Shown here piece after piece: positions 1 through 9,100 of a stretch of DNA of 64,000 bases (position 1 is its first letter; every line of letters starts with the position of its first letter). Source of the DNA: Clostridia bacterium (GTDB lineage: Bacteria; Bacillota; Clostridia; Christensenellales; DTU072); NCBI GenBank assembly GCA_017403145.1, contig JAFQOO010000007.1, forward strand, positions 142,889 through 206,888. The letters run 5' to 3'. The notes below the pieces were generated by a model. That model was not told the origin of the DNA, did no database searches, and worked only from the letters and a program-made list of their open reading frames with translations. A program made the position numbers and the translations under genes.

Positions 1-1
1 T

Positions 2-1122
2 ACCATTATCTACTCCGTAGATATCAATGGTATAATTGCTCCCGTTGATGGTGAAATCCACGATATTAGCACTATAACCGTCAATACCGAAGGTATATTA
101 GGCTTTGAAGCAATACAATGGTGCAAGTCATCAAGCAATACTGTTCTAAATCCCGGTGTTGCTTTTGTTGCAGGTCAGGCATATTATCTGAATATTAAGT
201 TTGAGGTTGCAGAGGGATACGTGCTCAATCGTTCTAATAGTCCTTATCATGGGGATATAACGATAAATGCCGAGGCTCCCTATACGAGCATGACATCAAT
301 GAATAACTTTTTCTTCCGTCTTATCTATACAGCAGCCAACCTACCGGTTGTTTCATTTGATGCAAACGGCGGTGGCGGTGAGATGACTGCTATTCCAGAT
401 GTTAAAGGCGACTATGAACTTCCTACATGCTCTTTTACTGCACCTAAGGACCATTACTTTAAGGCATGGGCTATTGGGGCGGTTGACGGACCCCAAAAGA
501 AGGCTGGTGAAACCATCACCATCAGTAGTGATACAACTCTTTATGCAATTTGGGGTGAATATACTACTATAAACACCGTTAATATTACAGGCATAATTGC
601 TCCCGTTGATGGTGAAATCCACGACATTAGCACTATAACCGTCAATACAGAAGGTATATTGGGCTTTTCCGCAATACAATGGTGCAAGTCATCAAGTAAT
701 ACTGTTCTAAACCCCGGTGTTGCTTATATTGGTGGTCAGGCATATCATCTGAATATCAAGTTTGCACTTGCAGAGGGGTATAGACTCAATACTCTCTCAA
801 ATAGTCCTATTCATGCGGATATAACGATAAATGCCGATGCTCCCTTTGCTAGCATGGAATCAAATAATAACTTTTTCTTCCGTCTTAAATATACGGCAAC
901 CAATCCTTCCACCGTATCCTTTGATGCAAATGGTGGCACAGGCTCAATGGCACCCGCAATAGACCAATATGGTCCCTATGAACTACCTTCTTGTGCCTTT
1001 ACCGCTCCTAGTGAAAAGCAATTTAAGGCTTGGGCAATCGGCTCTTTAGAGGGCGAACAAAAGGCACCCGGCGAGCAAATCACAGTTACCGATGACGTAG
1101 TTATCTATGCTATTTGGAAGGA
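2..1122 (+). repeat. Intragenic tandem duplication with a period of 561 nt (187 aa).
   Basis: attgctcccgttgatggtgaaatccacga occurs at nt 35 and again at nt 596. The flanking sequence (GIIAPVDGEIHDISTITVNTEGILGF..IQWCKSSSNTVLNPGVA...) is repeated with few substitutions. Confidence 0.85.
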
Positions 1123-1984
1123 TATCCCCGTAGCAACAGGCATAACTGCAAGCTATAACGGTACCATTCTTGCCGGCAATACGTTGGCTATCAATAGTCT
1201 AACCGTAAAACTACAATACTCTGATAGTTCCGAAATGCCTTGCGCTGGACTTTGCACCTATTGGTATAATGGAAGCCAAATTCAAAACCCAATTAGCTAC
1301 GTATTTGGTGAAGAGCTCATAGGCAATTTAACCATAACCGTAAAATACCAAGGCTTTGAAACTACTTTTGACGTTCAAGTTGTTGGTTACGAAATAACCT
1401 TTAACGCAAATGGTGGTAGCGGTGTAATGGCAGGGGATGAACGCGTAGGCGAATATACCTTACCTACTTGCACCTTTAGTGCACCGAGTGGCAAACAATT
1501 CAAGGGTTGGGCAACCTCTGCGAGTGGTGAAGTTATAGGCGCAACCTATACTTTAACTGCAAACGTTGAGTTCTTTGCAATTTGGGAAGATATTCCCCAC
1601 ACCCACTCCTATGGTAGCGCTTGGGAAAAAGACGCAAATAACCACTGGAACGAGTGTGCTTGTGGCGACAAATCAAACGAAGGCGCACACGTAGACGCAA
1701 ACACCGATGGCACTTGTGATACCTGCGGATGGGTAGACCCGAACTTTACCCCCGTAGTACCCGGTCCCGGCGAAGGTGAAGGAACTCCCGCACCCACTCC
1801 CGACAACACTCCCGAAATAGAAGGTGAAGAGGAAGCAGGACTAAGCGGTGGCGCAATTGCAGGCATTGCAGTAGGCGCAACCGCTGGTGCAGTAGGACTA
1901 GGAGCAGGTGGCTTTGCAATCTTCTGGTTTGTAGTAAAGAAAAAGAAATTTGCCGACTTGATTGCATTGTTTAAGAAGAAATAA
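2..1984 (+). CDS. Cell-surface protein, 5'-truncated by the window edge. Carries Listeria-Bacteroides (InlB B-repeat/Flg_new-like) repeats, a Cys/His-rich module and a C-terminal TM anchor.
   Basis: Frame 2 is open from nt 2. Nt 2-220 translate to TIIYSVDINGIIAPVDGEIHDISTITVNTEGILGF..., a copy of the module at 575-790, so the track start at 221 (GTG) is internal. There are four repeats of the type FDANGG.G.M....YELP.C.FTAP....FK.WA......I.....L(Y/F)AIW. The tail is HTHSYG..C.CG...DGTCDTCGW, then a P/E/T linker, a Gly-rich TM (GGAIAGIAVGATAGAVGLGAGGFAIFWFVV) and KKK. Stop is TAA. Confidence 0.85.
   Translation, partial: TIIYSVDINGIIAPVDGEIHDISTITVNTEGILGFEAIQWCKSSSNTVLNPGVAFVAGQAYYLNIKFEVAEGYVLNRSNSPYHGDITINAEAPYTSMTSMNNFFFRLIYTAANLPVVSFDANGGGGEMTAIPDVKGDYELPTCSFTAPKDHYFKAWAIGAVDGPQKKAGETITISSDTTLYAIWGEYTTINTVNITGIIAPVDGEIHDISTITVNTEGILGFSAIQWCKSSSNTVLNPGVAYIGGQAYHLNIKFALAEGYRLNTLSNSPIHADITINADAPFASMESNNNFFFRLKYTATNPSTVSFDANGGTGSMAPAIDQYGPYELPSCAFTAPSEKQFKAWAIGSLEGEQKAPGEQITVTDDVVIYAIWKDIPVATGITASYNGTILAGNTLAINSLTVKLQYSDSSEMPCAGLCTYWYNGSQIQNPISYVFGEELIGNLTITVKYQGFETTFDVQVVGYEITFNANGGSGVMAGDERVGEYTLPTCTFSAPSGKQFKGWATSASGEVIGATYTLTANVEFFAIWEDIPHTHSYGSAWEKDANNHWNECACGDKSNEGAHVDANTDGTCDTCGWVDPNFTPVVPGPGEGEGTPAPTPDNTPEIEGEEEAGLSGGAIAGIAVGATAGAVGLGAGGFAIFWFVVKKKKFADLIALFKKK
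1697..1946 (+). repeat. Copy of the shared 3' anchor cassette. It matches 10229-10478 in the third gene.
   Basis: About 250 nt align colinearly with only about ten mismatches by eye (gcaaacaccgatggcacttgtgata...cttctggtttgtagtaaagaaaaag). They encode DANTDGTCDTCGWVDPNFTP..PGPG.GEGTPAPTPDNTPE.EGEEEAGLSGGAIAGIAVGAT.GAVGLGAGGFAIFWFVVKKK. Confidence 0.9.
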
Positions 1985-2175
1985 TAGGCATTAAACAATT
2001 ACCCCTTGCCTTTCGGGGCAAGGGGAAAGCAAACGGAGATAACAATAAGAAAAAATCATGAAATGTCTTAATAACGTTTTTAACGACACATGTAATGGTT
2101 ATCCGTTTGGGCGCAAAAGAATAAACAAAACACAAAAACGGCGCGGCGAAAACCGTCCGCGCAAAGGAGAATAGT

Positions 2176-5100
2176 ATGACACAAACAAAAAAAGGGTTTT
2201 TAGCAGGGCTTATTGTTTTGGCGATGGCGCTTGCCTTGGCGTTCAGCTTTGCGCTCGTGCCAAGCGCCCACGAAAGTGCGTATGCGGATACTTTGCCTGC
2301 ACTCTCAAACGTGCAACTGGTTGGTGATACCCTCAGTTGGGACGCGTTTACAGGCGCAACCGAGTATCAGGTTCAGATGGTTGGCAATGGCGGAAACGGT
2401 TCTCAATACTACACAACCAATTCGGCAGACCTAAGTGCGCTTGCAGCCAACTACCACTTTGAAACTGGCACATACAATTGGTCTGTATATGCAGTGGATG
2501 AGCATGACAATCAGATTTCTTTGACGTCAACAAGCAATGCGGGCTATAGCGTTTATCCCGAATATGACTACAACGTCTCGTATGCTCAGTATTCGTATAC
2601 AAACACACAAGCGAGACTCTCGACGCCTACAGGACTTGAGTGGAATCACACAACTCTTATGTGGGATGGCGTTGATGGGGCATGGACTTATAGCTTGACT
2701 GTTTATGAGGCAGTGGGAGACGCCTTCGTGACTCAAGAGAATATTTTCAGCGGAACGAGCTATTCTTGGACAGGCTTTAAAACTGATACGTCCTATTATT
2801 TCACAATTAAAGCCAATGCTCCATTTGGCGGAGAGTATTGCAACAGTCTTGTAGCAACGAGTGGCACGCACACTTATGTAAGCGTTGTAGCAGACCTTGG
2901 CAGCCACGTGTCTATATCAAACGGTCAACTCAGCATTTCGGACGTTGAAGGGCTTGATAACTGCAGTTATGGTATATGGTCATCCGATCGCACGAGCAAA
3001 GAATTCGGCAGTGGTTCCAACGTGGATTTGCCAATAGACCTTTATACCGAATTTGCATCTTTTGAGGTTCCTGACGGCACTTATGATATTAAAATCGAGG
3101 TTTACAATCAATACAACGAGCCGCTCGCACCTGTCTATTATTATGACGATTGGGTTTATGACAGTTCACTCGCTCCGCAAGTGCTTACAGGCACCGTGAC
3201 CGTCACAGGTGATTTGGAATACGGAGAGACCCTCACGGCGACCGTCACAGACACCAACAACACGGGCACTTTGAATTATAGGTGGTATCGCAGTGATCCC
3301 CTTGAAGATTGGGTTATTCTTCAAAACGGAACGAGCAACACGTTTACGCTCACCACGCCGTGTATTGGCAAGAGCATACTTGTTATTGTCACAAGTAGCG
3401 TAGAATTGAATCAGATTCAGAGCGCAGAAACGGACACCGTTGGTGCAGGTGCTGCTGCGGTGGAAATCATCTCCGTCGGTGGCAATCCTGTGACTGCGGA
3501 ATTGGGACCGGGTGAGTTTACCAACGGTTCCTTCCCGATGGGACACGTAGGCACACCGTACAGCGCACAACTTGTGGCTGAGGGCGGTTCCGGCAACTAC
3601 ACTTGGGAAGTCATCATCGGCAGTCTTGCTTCGGGCCTTTCACTCAATCCGAGCACAGGTATTGTCAGCGGCACTCCGACAGGCACCGCTACAGGTTCTA
3701 TCACTATCAAATGTACGGACGCAGACAACACGGAATTTTCTGACAACGTACAGTTGAACTTTGTCGTCTATGAAGACAGTTGGGTTCCAAGCATTGTGAC
3801 TACAACCGCTGACAACGCGGTCGTCGACCAGAGTTATGGCTTTGATTTGGTCGTGGAAAGCGGCATAAGTGCGTCTGTTGACTGGACTGTTGAGAGCGGC
3901 TCTTTGCCGACGGGCTTGTCTCTCGGCAAGAATGGCGCTCGGAACGGGTACCTATATGGAACACCGACGACAAAAGGCACGTATACCTTCACTTTGAAAG
4001 CCGCCAACTACGTTGGCTCTGACACACAAGAATACACTATCGTCGTTGACGAACTGTTGACTGTGTCCTATGTCGTGGCTAAATACTACCGCGGTGATGA
4101 GATTGCGCTCACGGCAAGTATCGGCAACGAAAACGTAGATTGGTCTATCGGTCACAACACGTCCGCTGCCACCGTCATCTCTTCTTCCGGTGTGCTTACT
4201 ATCGGCACAGACGAGGCTGCAACCGGTTCTTATATCGTCGTTTATGCAACTTCCAAGACCAACTCAAACAACGTTGGACAAGAGTCGGTTTACTTTACAC
4301 CAAAGACGGCTTATTCCATCACGGTCACGGGTGGCACGGCAACCGACTCTTTGGCAAATCCGATTGCAAAAGCGGCGGAAGATGAAAACGTTTATATTGT
4401 AGCTCCTGAACTCGCGGGCAAAGAGTTCCGTGAATGGACGGTTGAGGCGGGTAGTGCGGATGTGACGCTCGACGGCGAAAACAATTCGAGTACGTTCTTT
4501 ATTATGCCCGCGGGCAACGTCATTTTGAAAGCCAATTATAATACGATTATCGACAGCGTTTCGGCAACGTTTGATGCCCCAGTCAACGGTCAACATATCG
4601 ACCAGACTCTCACAACGGGCAGTCCCAATTATACGGCTACCCTCACGAGGGTTTGGCAGGGCGCAGGTTTTAAGTCTTTGACCGAAACGATATACGAAAC
4701 GGGCAAAGAATATGCTTTCTACGTTCAATTTGCCCCTGCCTCGGGCTACGTTCTTGTCCCTAATAATCAGTTGTCCGTGACTTTGAACGGCAGGGCACTC
4801 AACTTCGACGATGACTACATCGGGTCTTACTCCGCTTGGATGATAGCACTCACCGCTGTCTCCGAAGAGATTCCGCACTTTGCAGTTACCGTGACAAACG
4901 GTATCGCAAGCGCGTCTCTTGCTCAAGAGAACGACGTCATCACAATCACAGCCAACGCTCCCGCAAGCGGGTTCGTGTTTGACAAGTGGACGACGGAAGA
5001 CGGCGTTACCTTCGCTTCCGAAACGTCTGCTTCTACAACGTTCGTTATGCCTGCAAAGGCAGTCACGGTGAGCGCAACCTACAAGGCGATTCCGCAATAC

Positions 5101-6096
5101 ACCGTCACTTTCGGCGCAGGCGAGGGTACGGGCTCTATGGCAAGCGAACTCGTCAATGAAAACAGTACGTTTGAACTTCCTGCCAATTTGTTCGTTGCTC
5201 CTGCAAACAAAGAGTTCAAGGCTTGGTCTGTCGGTGGCGTCGAAAAGAACGTCGGCGACGAAATCACCATAACCGCCGACACCACGGTCACCGCCGTTTG
5301 GCAGTTTATCAAAGTCACGGTCTCCTTTGTTGCTGGCGAGGGCACGGGAACGATGGATAGCGTTCAAGTAGACAAAGGCTCTTCCTATACGCTCCCCGTA
5401 AACGGCTTTACTGCACCTGACGGCAAGCGCTTTAAGTCTTGGAGCATCGGTGGCAACGCAGTTGCTGTGGGCGCTTCTATCATCATCAACAACGCAACAA
5501 CAGTCACCGCGGTTTGGGAAGACCTCCCAACTATGCACGCCGTCTCGTTCAACGCAAACGGAGGCACGGGCTCCAAGGCAGCTGAACAGGTCGAACACGG
5601 TACCTACTTCACGCTCCCTGCAAATCCCTTTACGGCTCCGACCGGCAAAGTGTTTGCAGGTTGGGCATTCACGGCAAACGGCTCCAAGATTGAAGCAGCA
5701 ACGATTCAAGTCAACAACAACGTGACGCTCTTCGCTCTTTGGAAAGACGCGGAATCCGCTCCTGGCAATCCTGGCAATCCTGACGAACCTGGCAATCCTG
5801 GCAATCCTGACGAACCTGGCAATCCTGGCAATCCTGACCAACCTGGCAATCCCGATACTACTCCCGAAGTAGAAGGTGAAGACGAGGCAGGACTAAGTGG
5901 CGGTGCTATCGCAGGCATCGTCATCGGCTCGGTAGCCGGTGCGGCAGCCCTTGGATGTGGCGGTTTTGCAATCTTCTGGTTTGTCGTAAAGAAAAAGAGC
6001 CTAGCAGAGCTTCTTGCAATCTTCAAGAAAACTCCCAAAGCAACTCCTAACACAACTCCCGATATTCCCACGGGCAACGACGATATAGCCGAATAA
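2176..6096 (+). CDS. Large cell-surface protein: signal peptide, Fn3-like and putative Ig (He_PIG-like) domains, four Listeria-Bacteroides repeats, a PGNPGNPDE linker and a C-terminal TM anchor.
   Basis: RBS aaaggaga lies upstream. The N-terminus is MTQTKKGFLAGLIVLAMALALAFSFALVPSAHESAYA (signal peptide). GTPYSAQLVAEGGSGNYTWEV..LPSGLSLNPSTGIVSGTPT is typical of the putative Ig domain. Repeats of the type TFGAGEGTGSM...FELPANLFVAPANKEFKAWSVG...ITADTTVTAVW are present. The C-terminal TM is followed by KKKSLAELLAIFKK. Stop is TAA. Confidence 0.9.
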   Translation: MTQTKKGFLAGLIVLAMALALAFSFALVPSAHESAYADTLPALSNVQLVGDTLSWDAFTGATEYQVQMVGNGGNGSQYYTTNSADLSALAANYHFETGTYNWSVYAVDEHDNQISLTSTSNAGYSVYPEYDYNVSYAQYSYTNTQARLSTPTGLEWNHTTLMWDGVDGAWTYSLTVYEAVGDAFVTQENIFSGTSYSWTGFKTDTSYYFTIKANAPFGGEYCNSLVATSGTHTYVSVVADLGSHVSISNGQLSISDVEGLDNCSYGIWSSDRTSKEFGSGSNVDLPIDLYTEFASFEVPDGTYDIKIEVYNQYNEPLAPVYYYDDWVYDSSLAPQVLTGTVTVTGDLEYGETLTATVTDTNNTGTLNYRWYRSDPLEDWVILQNGTSNTFTLTTPCIGKSILVIVTSSVELNQIQSAETDTVGAGAAAVEIISVGGNPVTAELGPGEFTNGSFPMGHVGTPYSAQLVAEGGSGNYTWEVIIGSLASGLSLNPSTGIVSGTPTGTATGSITIKCTDADNTEFSDNVQLNFVVYEDSWVPSIVTTTADNAVVDQSYGFDLVVESGISASVDWTVESGSLPTGLSLGKNGARNGYLYGTPTTKGTYTFTLKAANYVGSDTQEYTIVVDELLTVSYVVAKYYRGDEIALTASIGNENVDWSIGHNTSAATVISSSGVLTIGTDEAATGSYIVVYATSKTNSNNVGQESVYFTPKTAYSITVTGGTATDSLANPIAKAAEDENVYIVAPELAGKEFREWTVEAGSADVTLDGENNSSTFFIMPAGNVILKANYNTIIDSVSATFDAPVNGQHIDQTLTTGSPNYTATLTRVWQGAGFKSLTETIYETGKEYAFYVQFAPASGYVLVPNNQLSVTLNGRALNFDDDYIGSYSAWMIALTAVSEEIPHFAVTVTNGIASASLAQENDVITITANAPASGFVFDKWTTEDGVTFASETSASTTFVMPAKAVTVSATYKAIPQYTVTFGAGEGTGSMASELVNENSTFELPANLFVAPANKEFKAWSVGGVEKNVGDEITITADTTVTAVWQFIKVTVSFVAGEGTGTMDSVQVDKGSSYTLPVNGFTAPDGKRFKSWSIGGNAVAVGASIIINNATTVTAVWEDLPTMHAVSFNANGGTGSKAAEQVEHGTYFTLPANPFTAPTGKVFAGWAFTANGSKIEAATIQVNNNVTLFALWKDAESAPGNPGNPDEPGNPGNPDEPGNPGNPDQPGNPDTTPEVEGEDEAGLSGGAIAGIVIGSVAGAAALGCGGFAIFWFVVKKKSLAELLAIFKKTPKATPNTTPDIPTGNDDIAE
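5761..5853 (+). repeat. Perfect or near-perfect 27-nt tandem repeat (about 3.4 copies) encoding PGNPGNPDE.
   Basis: cctggcaatcctggcaatcctgacgaa occurs at 5761 and 5788. At 5815 the copy has one change (gaccaa). A partial unit starts at 5842. Confidence 0.95.
5965..6050 (+). repeat. Copy of the TM and cytoplasmic-tail part of the shared anchor cassette. It matches 10445-10530.
   Basis: tttgcaatcttctggtttgt(c/a)gtaaagaaaaagagcctagcagagcttcttgcaatcttcaagaaa(a/g)ctcccaaagcaactcctaa: 86 nt with 2 mismatches. Confidence 0.9.
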
Positions 6097-6160
6097 TTTA
6101 ACTTAACTTATGCCCCTTGGTACTGCCAAGGGGCAAAAACTCTTATAAGGAGGTAAAATT

Positions 6161-9100
6161 ATGAATACGAAACTAAAAACGTTTTCAATTTGCATCTTAT
6201 TAGCGTTTGCAGTTCTTGTTGGAATATTGGCGCTGGATGCTCCTTTAACTGCTCAAGCAGAAACACCAGCAGGCGTTTACGTCGGTGATGTTTATCTTAG
6301 CTCCGGCAATTATCTTCCCTCCGGCTCTGAAGTAGCAGTAGATGAAAAGCCCGAGGGTGGATATGCTTACTTTGATAATGCCGGCCTCGTACTAAAAGAT
6401 TACGTATACGATGATTGGGGCTATGAAGAAAGCCAAAACAACTTCTATTTAGTCTATGCCGATGGCGATTTGAACGTTTATTTGGAGGGCGAAAATAGTC
6501 TTTTAGCTTACTCTTCTCCAAATGCCGATTTTACCGGAATTTACGTAGAGAATGGTTCTTTGAACATAAAAGGGCCCGGTAAACTAACGATTGATGCAAG
6601 CACGCCTATTTACGTTAACGGTGGCGATATATCTATTGAGGGTGGTCGTCTTAATCTTACCAATCGCGGAAACCACTATGGTATGTTTGCTAATGGTGGT
6701 AGCATAAGCATTAGTGGTGGTATTCACTCAATTACCGGTTTCTATGGCGCGGTATATGCTAATGCCGGTACCACTATGAGTGGTGGCTCACTTACCGCAA
6801 CCGGTGATAATAATGCTATTGACGGTGCTTTTACTATGACCTACGGTAGCTTGCTAGCCATTGCTACGGGTGACGGTGGAACCGCCTTTGGTACGGGTGC
6901 AAGCGCTATCATAGATTTTTCTTCTTTAACTAACGCTTCTGCCTTTGGCTATGATAACGTTGAAGGTAATAGTGCCGCGGTTTACGACAATGCGGACAAA
7001 GCCTACTACAAGCGCGTATTTGTGAAGCCCACGTTACATAACGTTTGGGTGGGTGGCACACAACTATCCGACACTAATATGTCTACCGAGGTATTCTTCG
7101 AGCCTCTTTCACGCACGCTAACCTTGACTGATTATGAGTGCGTTGAAACGTCGGGCTATGCCTATTCCGGAGAAGCTAAGGCACTCGTGTATTCCGAGGA
7201 TGACCTAAATATTGTTCTTTCCGGCGAAAACACTTTGACTGCAAAGGAAGGGGAAGAGGGCATAAGACTAGCAGATGGACGCCTTCTCACCATTGATACA
7301 GCTGAAGGCGAAACAGGCGTACTTAACGTATCAGGCGCCTATGGTATCGGTGCAGTTAGCGAAATCAAGGGTGGCAAAATTATCGTTGCGGGTACCGAAA
7401 CAGCAATGATTGCATCCCTTGGACAAAGCGCAGCTCCAGACCTTCGTTATTATTACGAAACTCCCTACGTGAGAGTATCTGGAAATGCAAGCGGTTCCGC
7501 GTGGACGTTAAATTACGATGCGACCAAGATTGATGAATACAAGTATATTTACTTTGCGGAAGGCGTAATGGTAGAGTACTATGTCGATAATGTTCTAAAG
7601 TCAAGCGGAGCAGAGGAAAAAGGCGCGGAGTATCAATTGAAAACCTGTCGTTTTGAAATACCCACGGGATATACCTTTGGTGGTTGGGGACTAGGTTCTG
7701 CCGACAGTACCACCGTTTATGGAGAATCCGACTACATAGAACTTACCGAAGACGTTGCCTTCCACGCTGTACTAAAGCAACTGGGAAAGGTATACGTTTA
7801 TTACCCTTCAAACAGTTCTAATGAGGCAATACTTTACGAACTTACTTATGGTACGCACTCCCTTGATTTTATAGACGATGACTTTACTCCTCCCGAAGGA
7901 CTGGAAATCAAAGGCTTTACCTTGGGATGGGTTATGGGTGAAAGCGTTACCGAGATAGAGGTTAGCGAATATCCCAAATATCTATATGCAGAGTTGGGAG
8001 CAGAAGCAGGCGTTGAGTTTTACGATTTGTACGTGGGCGGTATTGCGGTAACGAATGCGAACAAAGACGATATTTTGGAAGATGGCACGACTGCTTACAA
8101 TCCTACCACCAATACTCTTACCTTGACTGAAATGGAGCTTGCTGAAGAAGATACCATTTACTGGGGCTATGATGGTTATGCTATTTTTGCTAAAGGTGCA
8201 CTAAACGTTGTACTTGTAGGGGAAAACGGTATCGTCACAAGTAGCGAAGACGAGGTTTATGGTATCATAGCAAACGAACTTAATATCTCTACTATTGATG
8301 ATGGTTCTCTATCTATAGAGTCTTATTATGCAATATATGCAGAAATAGTTACCATAAAAAGTGGTGTCTACCATCTAATAAGCAATAATCCAATCACGGG
8401 GGATTCCGTAACAATAAACGGTGGCGAAATCGCTATGGAGGAACGCACTGGGGATGAGGGACAGACCGGTATTGACGCAGGGATTCTAACCATCAATGGT
8501 GGCGTGATAGATATTAAGTATTTCGATAGTTGCATTTATTCGTATGGAACCATTATAAAAGACGGTACCATTACGATTATTACATATACGGAAGGAATAT
8601 TTGCCTATGCCGGGCTCATAATTGAAGGCGGAACGATAAATATTTACGGCATGGACGGTAATGGTGGCGCTGGTATTTTTGTAGAAAAAGGTGATATTTC
8701 TATTACCGGGGAAGATACAAGTGTAGCAATCTATGGTTTTGAAGTGGGAATTTATCAATCCGAGGAGGATGGTAACGCTGTTACGATAGAAGATGCTACT
8801 GTGATAATTGACGACACTCTCCCCATTACTTCCTATATGTTAGCACCACCCCCACCTGTTACTAAGGGTATGATGGTAAATGAATTAACCTTAAATAACG
8901 CAAAGTTGGACGTTAGCGCATTGGTTGGTTTGAGGGTGTTCAATGGACTATCTTTTACCGATTCCGAAGTTAATATAACGTCCGTTGCAACGGATTCTAT
9001 GGATGAGCCCGCAGGTATCCAAGCTGTAGAAGATTCCGTTATTACTAATTCCAAAATAAATATCAATATAGAGGCCGAACTATGTGCTTATTCTGTTGCA

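Noticed and set aside
1609-1998. Antisense ORFs opposite the anchor cassettes (1609-1998, 5706-6077, 10129-10605) that look like a conserved three-member family.
   Set aside because: Their conservation only reflects the repeated sense-strand cassette. The sequences are Pro/Ala/Ser-rich mirror translations of the Gly-rich TM and stalk regions.
2002-2025. Hairpins after genes 1 and 2 (CCCCTTGCC..GGCAAGGGG at 2002-2025; GCCCCTTGG..CCAAGGGGC at 6112-6134) as intrinsic terminators.
   Set aside because: The stems are strong, but each is followed by A-rich sequence rather than T-rich sequence. They may be RNA-stabilising or processing hairpins, and terminator status is not supported.
4264-5841. 525-aa antisense ORF inside the second surface-protein gene.
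   Set aside because: It lies entirely opposite a gene with clear domain architecture. Its sequence is Arg/Cys-rich low complexity, and MVRIARIARFVRIARIARF is simply the mirror of the PGNPGNPDE repeat. It has no RBS or promoter.
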